Shown: one piece after another, positions 27,064 to 39,195 of the stretch
How the letters are laid out: every line of letters begins with the position of its first letter
Position numbering within the stretch: the first letter of the stretch is position 1
Source of the DNA: Vicugna vicugna
Taxonomy: Eukaryota
Direction: 5' to 3'
DNA length: 64,000 bases
Assembly: GCA_013265495.1 (NCBI GenBank)
Contig: MU058718.1
Span: forward strand, 3,610,081 to 3,674,080
The notes under the pieces: model-generated
Databases searched by the model: none
What the model was told of the DNA's origin: nothing
What the model saw: only the letters and a program-made list of their open reading frames with translations
Made by a program: the position numbers and the translations under genes

Positions 27064-28226
27064 AAAAAGAGCTGTTTCAAATCCACCACCCCTCCTTACA
27101 GGGCGTCGAGTATTTAGTAGCAAATCACTAGGGAACCACTTCATCCACAGGTGGGTTTTTCATTAAATCACTGTGGGTTGTTGTGTTTGTTTTGTTTAAG
27201 ACTGTTGCTTTGTCCCACTGCTTTTTTTTCCCCTCTGAAAAAGCACAGCATGCAGGAAGAGTTCTTTTGCCACTTCCTTCCCCAGACCGTGACTGTGTTC
27301 TCACGCTGGGAAAATCCCACGTTCCACCGTCTGACGTTACACACTTTCCTTTTAATCTTTTCCAAGCCCCCATCATCACTAATGGTGTATCTTGTTGTCT
27401 GCCACTAAACCTTAAGAGTATGTAATAAATTAAGGATGGTTCTGCATTGCCTCTTATCTGACTAGCATCTGTGGCTGTCAGCTGCCAACAAGTAGCTCGG
27501 GTGTCTGGGCCGCTCCTGAATGCTCACAAGCTGACACATTCTCTTCTGATAAAAGGTACCTTCAAATGTGCATGTGACTTTCAATATCAATGTTGTACGC
27601 TTGGGACACTTCCTGTCAGAGAATCGCTCGACCTAATGAAATGACCTGGCTGGGGCTTTGAAAAAGCTGGATATAAATATCGCTGGAAATTATAGAGCAG
27701 ACATAAATACTTCACTCTGAGCTTTGCCGAGCATTTTCGGGATGTTTCCAACCACATTTGTGAAATCTGAGCTTATCCTAGAGGAAGGGCTGGGAGGGGG
27801 GAGGACAGAGTTAGTCCACAGGGTCACCAGTCCTCCCAGGGAAACTGCAGAATAGCTACCCTAACACGGTTTCAGTGGTGATAAAGGAGGGGTTTTGTTC
27901 TTTTAGCTCTTATCTAATCAGCTACCCTTGTTCTGATATGTGTACAGACCTCATCTAAAAATCTGCACGTCTGAGTTCAGACAAATCTTGTTAAGACTGT
28001 CATGTTCAAACAGAACGCATATTATGTTCTCCAGAGAGACAGCTTGTCTGTGTGGGTGATAAGAACTGAAATCAAAGCATTGCCAATCTTATATTTTAAT
28101 GGAATATTTTATTCTCCTAACTCTGCACAAGGTACTAAAATAAATAAATATCTGAGCTGATACTTGCATTGAGTGAAGTATTTATTTAATTGCTTTAAAG
28201 CTACCATTGTAGAGAAGGGTTAGTAT

Positions 28227-28308
28227 GTGGTGGTGGTGGTGGTGGTGGTGGTGGTGGTGATGATGGTAGTGGTGGTGGTGGTGGAGAAGGTGAAGGTTGT
28301 GGTGAAGG
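28227..28308. repeat. (GTG)n trinucleotide microsatellite decaying to GAAGGT units
   Basis: Directly visible; source of the poly-Val ORF. Confidence 0.95.
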
Positions 28309-29101
28309 TTGAACCTGAGACATGTTATATCAGATTACTGAAGTCCTTCAAGGTCAAGAGATTCCTTGCAGATTCCTTTTTATTTTGTACAACACCAAAG
28401 CTCCTGAAGAGAAAAGCACATGGTACACCATTTTCTTAACGCAATTTTGCATTTGCTATTTTATTCTACAGCTTTTAATTTTATCATGAAATCTGGATGC
28501 CAGGTTTCAAATAAGTGATAAGCTGTCATTAATTGATTAGGATCCCAGTGTGTCAGTTTCTTTGTTCAGTCATCCTTCTTGTCCGATGGATCAGAAAATG
28601 AGAGGGTTAAAAAAGGAGTCACTAAGGTACGAGAAGGGTGTGTTCCAGACCCATTGGTGTGAATGCTAACTTTGCAGTGCTGATATGGTGTTCATTTTAT
28701 CATCATTTTCCAAGGCTTCCTTCAACATGTCTCTTTGGTAATATGATCCCTCCCTCTTGCTTTCCCTTTCTCTACAAAACAGAGCTTAACAGAAGAACAG
28801 CTATGACCCCTCAATTTGTCCTGATCTGAATTCTGCACTTTGAAGCAAATACCTCACTGCTGGCTTAGCATCTCTCCAGTCCTATGCTGAGACCTACTGG
28901 GGTGCTATAAATCATTCGGAATTAGAAGCTGTTCTCTGCCTCTGACCTGGTGGCTCCCACACGCCCACATCCGCCACAACTGGCAAATGGTGGTGGTTTA
29001 TTTTGGGGCTGGTATAAGAGGCTGTGTCTGAAGGCTGTGATTGTCAATTAAGGGCTAAGATTGTCATGTAATGTGGCCTCAACTCTTGTCTCCTTGCCCA
29101 G

Positions 29102-29271
29102 ACTGTACTCTGGAAGCTCAGCCCAAATATGTTAGAGGAGGGAAGCGTTATGGACGGAGGTCCTTACCTGAATTTCAAGAATCCGTGGAGGAGTTTGCAG
29201 AGGTGACCGTGATTGAGCCACTAGATGAAGAAGCGAGACCTTCACGCGTCCCAGCCAGTGACCGCAGTGAG
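29102..29271 (+). CDS. NIN: Ninein coding exon 3 (DCTLEAQPKYVRGGKRYGRRSLPEF...DRSE)
   Basis: tccttgcccag| ... GAG|gtaaga; 170 nt, phase 1 to 0; YVRGGKRYGRRS motif typical of the ninein/NINL family. Confidence 0.96.
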
Positions 29272-32200
29272 GTAAGACATTGGACAGGCACATCCACCTG
29301 GACCACAGGTGTGGATACCCATGGGTACCCACATCATTGTGCAGAGACAGGAGGACTGAGGGGGGTTATGGCTTTTCTCAGTGACCAACTACTTGATAAT
29401 CTTACTGCCTTTTGGATATATGTGAGTACTTTTTCTATTGTTTGTTTCATCTCTGAACTTCTTTGGAGAACTGACTTTTCTGTGCATGCTGTATGCTTTT
29501 ACCTTTTTGAATTCAGTTATTTTTATATTTCCTGAGGTCTGCCACTTCTAGATTTTCTTGGGACTATCTCTCCTCCATGGCACTGTCATTTTTAGTTATG
29601 TAAAAAGCTGACCAGCTGCCTCCCCCCAAATTGTAATGCAGTGTTCGTGACAGGTAGGAAATGAAAGCAGTGTGTGCAGGTATTTCAAGAGCTAGCATCT
29701 CAAAAAAAAGAAAAGACAAGAAAAGAAAAGCAGCTAGCATCTCCTCTCTCATGGTGGGGTGAAGCAGCTTTGAAACTTTGTCCTTGTCGCAGGCTCAGCA
29801 GTTGCCAGGCTTCTGTTGCCCCCAGGAGAGTCTGACTCCCCAGTGATCAGAGATTCCCCTGCCTCCCTCACCTCCCTTCTTTTCATTTTACACGTTGCCA
29901 TAATCTGCCAATAAAGGAGAAGCAGTAACATTTTCTTTTTTCTTTCTTTCCGGCTCATTTACCAGCATCCCATTTATAGAACATGGTTGAACGTGCCAGG
30001 CTGAGCAAGCTCTAAATATTTCTTGCAAATCCCAGCTTAGACTGGGGGCGCAGATAGTTCAGATGCTTATAGAAGCTGGGAAAGAGACAAAGTGCCTCAA
30101 CTTCCTTAAAGTAGTCTGTAGGTTATAGGTTGACTGGGGGGATGTGTGTGTGTTATGGTCAAGTGTCCATGTTCAGCTTATTGAAATCTACAAGAAGCTT
30201 GCTCCCATAATGTCCCCAGCAGTCAGACAGCTGGCATCTTCAGCTTTCCAGACTACCGACAAACCCACAGGCAACTGGAAAGAGCCCCAGTATTGAGCAG
30301 AAATGAAATCGGATGCAAGTACCGCAGTTTAGAAGACATGTGACTGGTCTGCTCATCAGAAGAAGTTTATACCATTTTTTAAAATCAAGTGATACCTGTC
30401 CTCACAATTAGAAGTGAAGGAGCAGTGGCAGAAATATGAGCGAGAAGAGAGAAAGAAAAGCAGGCTAGAGAGGGTGAGAGGGAGAGAAACCACGAAAATG
30501 GTGTGAGAGGAGTGTGGGTGAGAAGTGACGGCTGAAAACAGAAAAGACCCTGAGAAGCAAGAACGAAAACTTTGCCTGGGGCCAGTGGGTCTGCGGCAGA
30601 GGCTACTTCTCTTCATGGTTCAGTCGGTTTCAGACCCTTTCCTGGGTCTTTTTGAGAATTTAGATATGGCCCTCTCCCCAGTAAAACACATAGACTCACA
30701 TGCACAGAAACGTGACATGTACTGTTTCAGGGAGGCAGGTGATTTGCACACTTTACTTATTGCTGTGTTCGTAATGTTTGTCAGGAGGGTACCATTTTAC
30801 AACATAAAGTCTGTTTCATTGCCCTGAGTAGTATGGAATGTACCCGAGACATTTTCCCTATAAAAAAAAATGGCTAAAATATATCTCAACACTTCAGGGA
30901 ATAAGCTTCCGTTATCTGGAAAACACTTTTTTAAGTCTAGTATCTCCTTTTTCCAACTATTTGCAGTACCTGAGGCGTTGTTACCTGGTGCTAAGAAATT
31001 AAATGATGGCTTATTTTTTGAGAAGATAGTTTCTAGTTGCCACTGGGGGATACCCAGAAAGTTCTTGGGCAGAGCTGGTTTTGTTGCTGGCAGTATATTT
31101 TTTATGTCCTTGTTTTATCTTATCTACTGATTTCCAGTGAGGTTGACTGTTTAAAAAAGTGAGACTTTAGTTTCACATGTAAATAAGGTTAAGGATTAAA
31201 GCCTAAGCCTGAGCAAAATCTTGCCACCGGCGGCTTAGTCAAAGGGCTGTTGGGAGAGTCATTTCACTCCCCGATGTGCTTCAGCCTGAACGCCTCCAGG
31301 TGTGACCTTTTGGTGCTGTATTTAGGCGCTTTGGTGTGACTACCCACCGTCAATAGGATGGCAAATAGAGGCCTGGAGAAAGCCGCTTCTCTCTGTGTCT
31401 GCTCCCCCCAGGCCTCCGCTGACATCCCAACCGGAAAGCCTGTAGGGGAACCAGATAACACGTTTCTAACCCCCCTGCCGTTTTCTTTCTTTTTTTGTCT
31501 GAAAGTGGACTAACTCAAACCAAAGTACATCCAGCTGCCTTCTTGCCTAAAATGAAGGATTCTGTAAGCTGAAAGGAGCCTGTCTTTTTTAAAATCGATT
31601 CATCACTGTAGAAGGTTAACAGCTTCGTGTGTGGGTGTTTGACGTCCCGCTGGCAGTGAGAGGGGCCGGTCCTGGCCTCGGCGGTAACCGTGGCCGTGCG
31701 GCGCCCGCGCTGCCCTCGGGGACGCACGCGGGCTGGGCCGCAGTTGGTCGGCATCAGTCGTCCCGTGTACGGGTGTGTCCAGCTGGCACGCCTGTGTCCT
31801 GGCCAGTTTCTGTAGGAGCCTCAGCAGATGAGGGCCACTCCACTGGCCAGCATGGCGTGTGCTCCGGGCAGCATGGGCTTGCTCAAGAAGCCCTTGCCCT
31901 TCCTACAGGCACTGTCCATCGAGGGCCCCGTGGAGGGCCAGGAACCATTCCCTGGTCTAGAGGGGCCCTCAGATCAGGGCTATGCGGGAGGGCAGGGTTC
32001 TCCGTGAACTGTGGGATGGGTTTACTCTTAACTCACAAGGAGTTCAGAATCTGTCAGGAGTTCTTTTCTGTCCTGTTGGCTTCTTTCTTCTCCCTTTCTG
32101 TTACCTCAGGCCCTTTTGTCTCCTGCCCTTGGATGTTAAGAATTTATTCCTTGGGTGTGTTTGTTATCACTGACTCATACCTCATTGCAGTGCCACTGGG

Positions 32201-33796
32201 CAGTGTTGAAGGAGGGAGTGGTGGATCTCCCGTGACATGCATATTTCATGCGGAGAAGTCAGATGGGGAGCCAGAGACAGGCCTTCTTGGTTGGGTTGTG
32301 GGTTTCCAGGTCCTGGCTCTGGGGACGTGGGGATTCTGCAATCCCCTGAGACTGCAGTTTCTCCTGTTCTCAGATGCCTCATTTTTCCTAAAGCAACTTC
32401 AGAGTTTTTTGATGAAATCAAAAGGACCCAAATCTGTTGTCAGAAGCTCAGCGGAGGGGAAGTCTGGCTGCTGCTACCTAACAATTGGGAGACTAATTTC
32501 AGCTCTAGGATGAATCAAGTAATTCTCATTTATCTGAGGGCTTAGGGGTGAGGGTGGGAATAGAATGCAATGGTGTCACCAGCCACCAACCATAGCTGTC
32601 CTCAGGGTGGCTCACATTCCTTCTAGGAACTCATCCTGGTCATCTGAAGGGATAAAACAATCAGCCCTGCCCTGTTTCCTTCTAGGGTTGTTCCACAGTT
32701 GCTTCGAGTGGGCAATTCATTCCTAGGCTCCTGGGTTAGTGGTTCACAGTGTTCCTTCTGCATCCTTATTTGGAAGGCCTTCTCCCATACCTACAACAAA
32801 ATTATAGGTCATTTCAGTAGTCATAATTCTCTGCACTCCCACCCAAGGAAACAGAAATGCAGGCAAGCGAGAGTGATGCTAATTTAGAAACTGCTTTTGA
32901 GCACCTGAATTTATTTATAATGTAAGTCCTGTGTGAAGCTTCAGGCTCCTTTAGTGACAGCAGTTTGGAGCTCCTCCCCTGACCACTCATGCTGACCCCT
33001 GTGACGCGGTGTCTTGGGTGAGAACCCATGTTTTTACTGTAGGGTCACAGGTGCTCTGCACCTCGGCCTTATCCCCTGAATAGAACTTATGAGACTAGAC
33101 CTTGTTGTGAGGTGTTTTTGATTGTGTTTGACTTTTGTTTCAGTTCATATATGTTAAAGCCCTAACGCAAATTGTTAAACATTTTAATCATCTCCATCCT
33201 ACACTCCCCCAGCTTTACTCAGGCAAGTTGATTCTTTCCTGCTGAATAGGAAACATCTGACCTATTAAGCATGCCTCCCCTACCAAGGTTACTTTACAAG
33301 GCCATAAAGGCGTGCCATAGGGAGAGACCACTGTCATCCTGCTGAATTTTCAGCATTAAAATGTGTATTTCAGCATTTCGTTTAGAGACCCTGAAGCAAA
33401 ATGTGCTAGTTCACGAGTGACAGGTGGGTTCCACCATCAGGCGGAAATGCACATTCACCTTTCAATTTAGTGTGTTTATCTGGCAAATGGAGCCCTTGGG
33501 AGTCTGACCTCTTGTCCGGGGTGGTATTGAAGGAAAGTGGTGATTTTTCTTTGTTCATGGGATCATTTTCACTCAAGGCAGTTCAGTTGGACATTCTATT
33601 CTGAATTAATCCAGACTAACAAAGGGCATATTCTTGATTTCAGCGTAAGGTATGATTAATGAGAAGGTTTGGGTTGTTGCTGCTTTTCGCTTGTGAAGAG
33701 ATTGAAGTGAGCTTTTAGGTTCCGAAGAGAGCATGTTTTTACCCCCGATATATACATACAGGCAATGGCTATTGAACTGACCTTGAATTTTATACT

Positions 33797-33872
33797 CAAC
33801 GTTTCTGCCAAGGGTAGGTGGAGGCGGGGGAGACCAACGTTTCTGCCAAGGGTAGGTGGAGCGGGGGGAGAC
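33797..33872. repeat. Tandem duplication, 2 x 38 bp
   Basis: caacgtttctgccaagggtaggtggag(gc/cg)gggggagac twice; 36 of 38 positions identical. Confidence 0.95.
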
Positions 33873-36429
33873 AAACAAAACTAATTCTTGATTCTGTTCT
33901 GTATTACTCAGATGTGCTAGGGAAGGCTGACAATTAATACAACTGGGACAGGGTCACTTTGCTTTCTGCCCTATTGAAAACAGGGGACACCTTGTTAACT
34001 GTTTTCCTCCACAGGGAATAAATCGGGTCTAGTAAGATTCTTATCAAGAGCCAGGGGCTCTAAACAATGACTTCTTCGACTCTGGACAATAGTAGTGTAA
34101 GCCAAAACCACGCAGTTTAAGTGAGGACCTGAGAGAAAAGTTAAAGGCAACTGCTTCATTCGCCTGAGAGTGGACAAGCAAACCAAGCCTTTGTGTTGGG
34201 CCTGTGGGGAGGACGGTGACGGGTCGTGGTTGTTTAAAAACAAAAACAGAAACAAAACCCCCTGAGCTGATTTTACTACCCTACATAAAATCAAACTTCT
34301 TCAAGAAGTGTGGCACTGACTTACATTCCCCTTATGTTCATTTTCATATATGCATAACTTTGCAGTGGAACTTCATGAATTATTCATTTACACTGTGCAG
34401 ACTAAATATTTAATTCCGGAGCAGACTTCTTAATAACTGAGAGAAGTTCTGCTGACAGTCGAACTGTACCTATTTCCAGCTGTCCCCCTGTTACATTTTT
34501 TGTTCTTTTCTTTGACAAAGTAAGCGATTTCATTACTGATGCCGTGTTTCCATCAAACGATATGACATCACCAGGATAGCTTTTTTATTAATGGAATTCC
34601 AGTGTTTCCCTCTGTATTTCTGAAGTATTATTAAATCATCTGGCTATTCTCAGAGATGAAACACTCATTCAAGATGCAATTGTCGATCACTTGAAAGTGA
34701 TGTCAAGCAGCCCCTTCACAGCCAGTAAGATGTCTGTCATCCTGACACAGACGCCGCTTCAGACCTCCAGGCTCTGCTGTTCTGGTAAGCCCTCCTGACC
34801 GGATCCCAGAGGAAGTTCCCTTGGAGTCCACCCCTCATTCTCACCTCCTTCCAGGTCAACAAGTCCTAATATTTATTTTCTAACTAGAAAATAAAACAGA
34901 CAACACATCAAAAATTAAGAAGTTAATTTTAATAACAGTAACATTTTCCAGCTCTACCATTAAGGATTTTTTAAGTAGGAAAGCAGTATTCACTGTCCTT
35001 TGAGACTGACTCTAGGCAGGATACCATGAGTAGATGTATTTAAAAAAAAAAATCCCTTTCCTTTACGGGCTTTAAAATCCACTGAACCAAAACCAGTCCC
35101 CAGCCTTGGTAGAAGAGGCTTAAGGCTCAGACTCTTAAATTCAGCATTTCCTCACACTGGCAGTCCTGACGGCTGTCTGGCAGGATGGCAGGACTCATCT
35201 AAATGTGTGTGCATTTAAAAATCGTACATTACTTCCCGTTATCCCTAGCACGCACTTGTAGCTTTTAATTGCTTTTAAAGATAAAGGAACTGATTTGCAT
35301 TCTAGTCGCGACAGCCCTTCAACTGAGCAGCGTGTCCCTGGGCTCAGAATAGAGAGACCGGGAGCTGGGCTGTCAGGCCCCTTCATCGCCCCTGTGCCTT
35401 CAGAGGCAGGGGAGCTGGAGAGCAAGTCCTGGGAAGCCTGTCCCTGCGGGAGCAGTGGCCTTGCTGGGCACACTTAGCTTCCAGTACCTGCCCAGAGCAC
35501 AGGCTTTATAAGTATTTAGAACCTTTAGTTAAATATACCATAGGTGCTGTGTTTTTAAAAGTCCTGAGGTTTCTGTTGTGAGTATTCTCCTAAACTGATT
35601 CTGTTTTCCTTCAGAGACTTCCTGTGCTGGTTGAAGTGTGCTTCTCTTGTAAAATGGACACCACGGCTCAGTTTGTTGGGGCAGCTGTGTTACTTTAACA
35701 GTTTTCCTTTCTCTTCTGAGTCTGCAAGGCTTTCCCTTTTCCAAAAAAAAAAAATCTGCTTAAGGCTACTGAGATCAGCTCAGCAACCTCTGCTGGGAAA
35801 GAATAGCCCTGTGTGTGCCCCCATAATCGTTTTAATTAGCCGTACACTCTGAGGGGCACAAAGGTCTGCGCTGGAGCAGATGGCTGGTGGGGCCGCGGTG
35901 GGGCCACTGTGGGCAGGGGCTGCGCCAGTGCAGATGCTGGCCCGGCCCCGGGCGGGGAGCCCCGGGGTCCCGGAGGCTCTGGCCATCTGCTCCGCAGGCC
36001 AGCAAAGCAAGTGTCCCTCCAAAGAAAGCATTCCTGAGAGCAGTGCCGCCTGTGCGGCCCACGTGTGCGGGGCACCCTCGTCCAGCTGTAGGACAACCTG
36101 AGAGCTGACCGCAGGGGTCAGCGGGACCGAGTCGCACAGCCCGCAGGCTGCGTGCGGGGCTCCCTTTGTCTGCCTGAGTCGGGTGGGGGCTGCTTTCTGT
36201 AGCAGCCTCCGACCCTCCCCCCACCCCGTCTGCTCTCACAGGGACTGTTGGCCAGCCATGCACGGTGTGGCGAGCCCTGCCAGCTGTGACCACCCACGGG
36301 ATGCTGTCCACAGTGCGGGGGAGCCCCCGGGAGGCCCTGCTCCTGAGCGGAATCAAAAGTTGATTGCTTCATCCCAGCTAACATGCTCAAAGCTCTAGTT
36401 TCTACAGAGTCTCCTCTGGTTCTGTTCTT

Positions 36430-36568
36430 TGGTTTTATTTTTGTTTTTTGATAGGGGGTAGGTAATTAGGTTTATTTACTTATTTTTTTAATGGAGGTAC
36501 TGGGGATTGAACCCAGGACCTTGTGCATGCTAAGCGTGTGATCTACCACTGAGCTATATCCACCCTCC
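36430..36568 (-). mobile_element. tRNA-derived SINE (Vic-1-like), antisense
   Basis: ggaggtactggggattgaacccaggacc...ctaccactgagctata matches the family in reverse. Confidence 0.88.
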
Positions 36569-38289
36569 TGGGTTTGTTCTTAAAGCTGACTCTGGTCTGT
36601 CTCCTGTTTGTCTCCTCTGCCCTTACCGTAGTGTTGAACTCCCAGGTAATGGGAATAGTAATTATAATATTTATTTACTTAACAGACACTTTGCCCTTAA
36701 TTTGTAGCAGGTGCTTTTTTAAGTGCTTTCCAGATACTGGCACACCCTCATTGGTACTTACTCACCTACCCCCGAGGAAGCTGAGGCACACAGGGGTTGA
36801 ATGAGTCCCAAGCTTGCACAGCCAGTAAGAGAAGGTCCGGCTCTGGAGTCTTAACCGCATCAGTGTTCTTGGCTGAAATAACAGCAAGAGCTAACATTTC
36901 CTAGAAGCCCGGCACACACCTCCATGGCCCCTCAGGCGGTCATCCCCACTGTGCAGATGAAGTAAGGTGCCGAGGGGTCACACAAAGTGACAGGGCCAGG
37001 CTTACCCCCAACAATCTCTGCCCGACCCTTGTGCTCATGCACGCTACCATTTTGCCTACAGAGTCAAGAGTAGCTGGCATCCCACAGGATGATTTTTTTT
37101 TAACATTTACTAGTATCTATTCTTTCTCCAGTGAGAGGCTACATAAGATTTCAAGGAAAGAAACTGAAAACCCTTTTTCATGAAAGGGTATGGAGCGCAC
37201 ATCCCAGCAGTTGTCCCCGGCGTGCTCCCCCCCTTCTCCGGAGATGCTCGTGAGTGCCTCCTTCCAGTGCTCACAGCTGGCCTGTCTAGAGGCCACCTGT
37301 GGGGCTTTCACTGCACTGGGCACCCTCAGCAGTTAGACGACCTGCTCCAGAATGATGCCTCCTTTTATTGGTGGTGGTCCAGTAGCCGAATGATCTAATC
37401 CCCCCAACCTTCTAACCTGCCTCTCCCTCCTCCTCCTGCTTTTTAATTGGAACCATTGGCTCCCAGCAGTGAGAATGAAAATAAATGAGCTGTGAATGAA
37501 TTGAATCTGCCCCCACCCACCCCCCAACTCTCCACCCCTGAAATTGCAGGTTAATAATAAGCATTCAGCCGCCATGTGCTTACCTCCCCTTATTAAAGGA
37601 ACAGGCCCTTGGTAGAGACTGGGGAGATATATCTGGATGGCAAACTCAGTCTCCAGTTGAAGTGGTCTTGGAATGAAGATGTAGCCATTAGCATAACCTT
37701 GCTTCTCCTTCTAGCAGAGCTGGTCTCAGCTGGATCTGTGCACCTCACACAGGGCCCTGGAGAAATGCTTGAGTTGTTACCCTTGGAGGTTTTAAAACAA
37801 GGTACCCCTTACCACTTGCCCTAAGGGTCTGTGTGAAATCCCTCAAGCTGCCCTGCTTCCTGGGGGTTGGAAGGCTGTGCTGTCCTTGATGCTGCTGGGT
37901 TAGGCTGTCTGAAGAATGCCTCTTTGGATGGTCGTGGTCACAGTCCCCGAGGCGGGTCTTGGACAGATGTCCCTGATCTTTCCACACTCTGCTAAGTTAG
38001 GAGATACTGGCACCAGCAGCTCTCATCCTCCTGACAGCACCTGGGTGTCCCCCTCAGTCTTGTCCATCCCAGGCCACAGTGCCGCCTCTCAGAGTGGTAC
38101 ATCCCAAGGGGACCACCGGGGTCACAGGGTATTCACATACTAAGAATTTGAGGGCAGGTAGGCAAAATAAATAGTGAAGCATATCTGTTTATATGGTATA
38201 AACAACTTTATAACAATGAAGGAAATAAAATTGTTTCCCAGATTCCCCCAGCCAAATATGTCTATTTTTATTATCTCTGTTTCCTTCTA

Positions 38290-38885
38290 GTCTTTCTCCA
38301 GTTGTATAAACATTTTTTTCCAGAGGTAGTCATAGTGTAGGTAGCATTTTTGTTGTGATCTTTCATTTAACATTTCATACGATGTCTTTCTATGCTCCTA
38401 CATAGTTTTATAATTATACTTCTAATGGCTACATTATGTTGTATCATTATACTTTATGCCCCATTGTTGAATATTTAAATTGTTTTCACTACTTCTACAA
38501 AATATGCTAAATGTACATACTTTCACATACGCTTTTTTCTTTCTTTGATCTTATTGCCATCAGAAATCATATGAATTTGGGTTAATGAGTATGAATATTT
38601 TCATGGCTTTTGATACATAAAGCCAGTTTTCTTTACATTGCTGCCCGTAACACATAACCAGGTCTATTTTAAATCAAAGCCTTATTGACGATAGGAGTCA
38701 TATCTGAAGTACTTTGCTAATTTAATGGGAACGAAATGCTTCGTTGGTTTTAACTGATACTTCTTTGATTGCTGTTGAGGTGAAACTTTCCCCCTATTTG
38801 TTTAATCGTGTTGCCTCTTATGAAAATTGTCTGTTTGCGTTCTTTGCTTACCTGCTGGAGACTTGGTATTTTTCCTACAGATTTA
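38290..38885 (-). mobile_element. Degraded old LINE-1 (L1ME-like) fragment
   Basis: AT-rich with ccattgttgaatatttaaattgtttt and ttctttgattgctgttgaggtgaaa motifs resembling antisense L1 ORF2 end. Confidence 0.5.
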
Positions 38886-39004
38886 CATAAATAACTGATA
38901 CCTCCCCAGGGCCACTCAAATTAATGCTGTAAGTTTAAACATGGTAACAGAAAAATCTCTGCAAATATAGATTTAATATGTACTACATAAACATATGCCA
39001 AAAA

Positions 39005-39195
39005 TAGTAATAAATTTTGTAGTGCTTATTAGGTGCTGGCACGATTCTAAGTATTTTACCCAGCTCTGTGAAACATGGATTACTTTATTCCCATTTTATA
39101 GATGGAGAAGCTGAGGCAAAAGAGGTTGAGAAACCTGTCCAAGCCCAACCCAGCTGGTAACCCAGAATTCAGACCCAGGCAGTCTGGCTCCCACC
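39005..39195 (-). mobile_element. MIR SINE, antisense
   Basis: cccattttatagatggagaagctgaggc...agaggttgagaaacctgtccaag. Confidence 0.78.

Noticed and set aside
28227..28439. Poly-valine ORF
   Set aside because: Translation of a (GTG)n microsatellite
31629..32513. 294-aa ORF inside an intron
   Set aside because: Non-ATG start, runs through a GC-rich patch with few stops, no recognisable domain or exon structure; most likely chance
33797..33872. 38-bp direct repeats of CRISPR-like length
   Set aside because: Only two adjacent units, no spacers, mammalian intron
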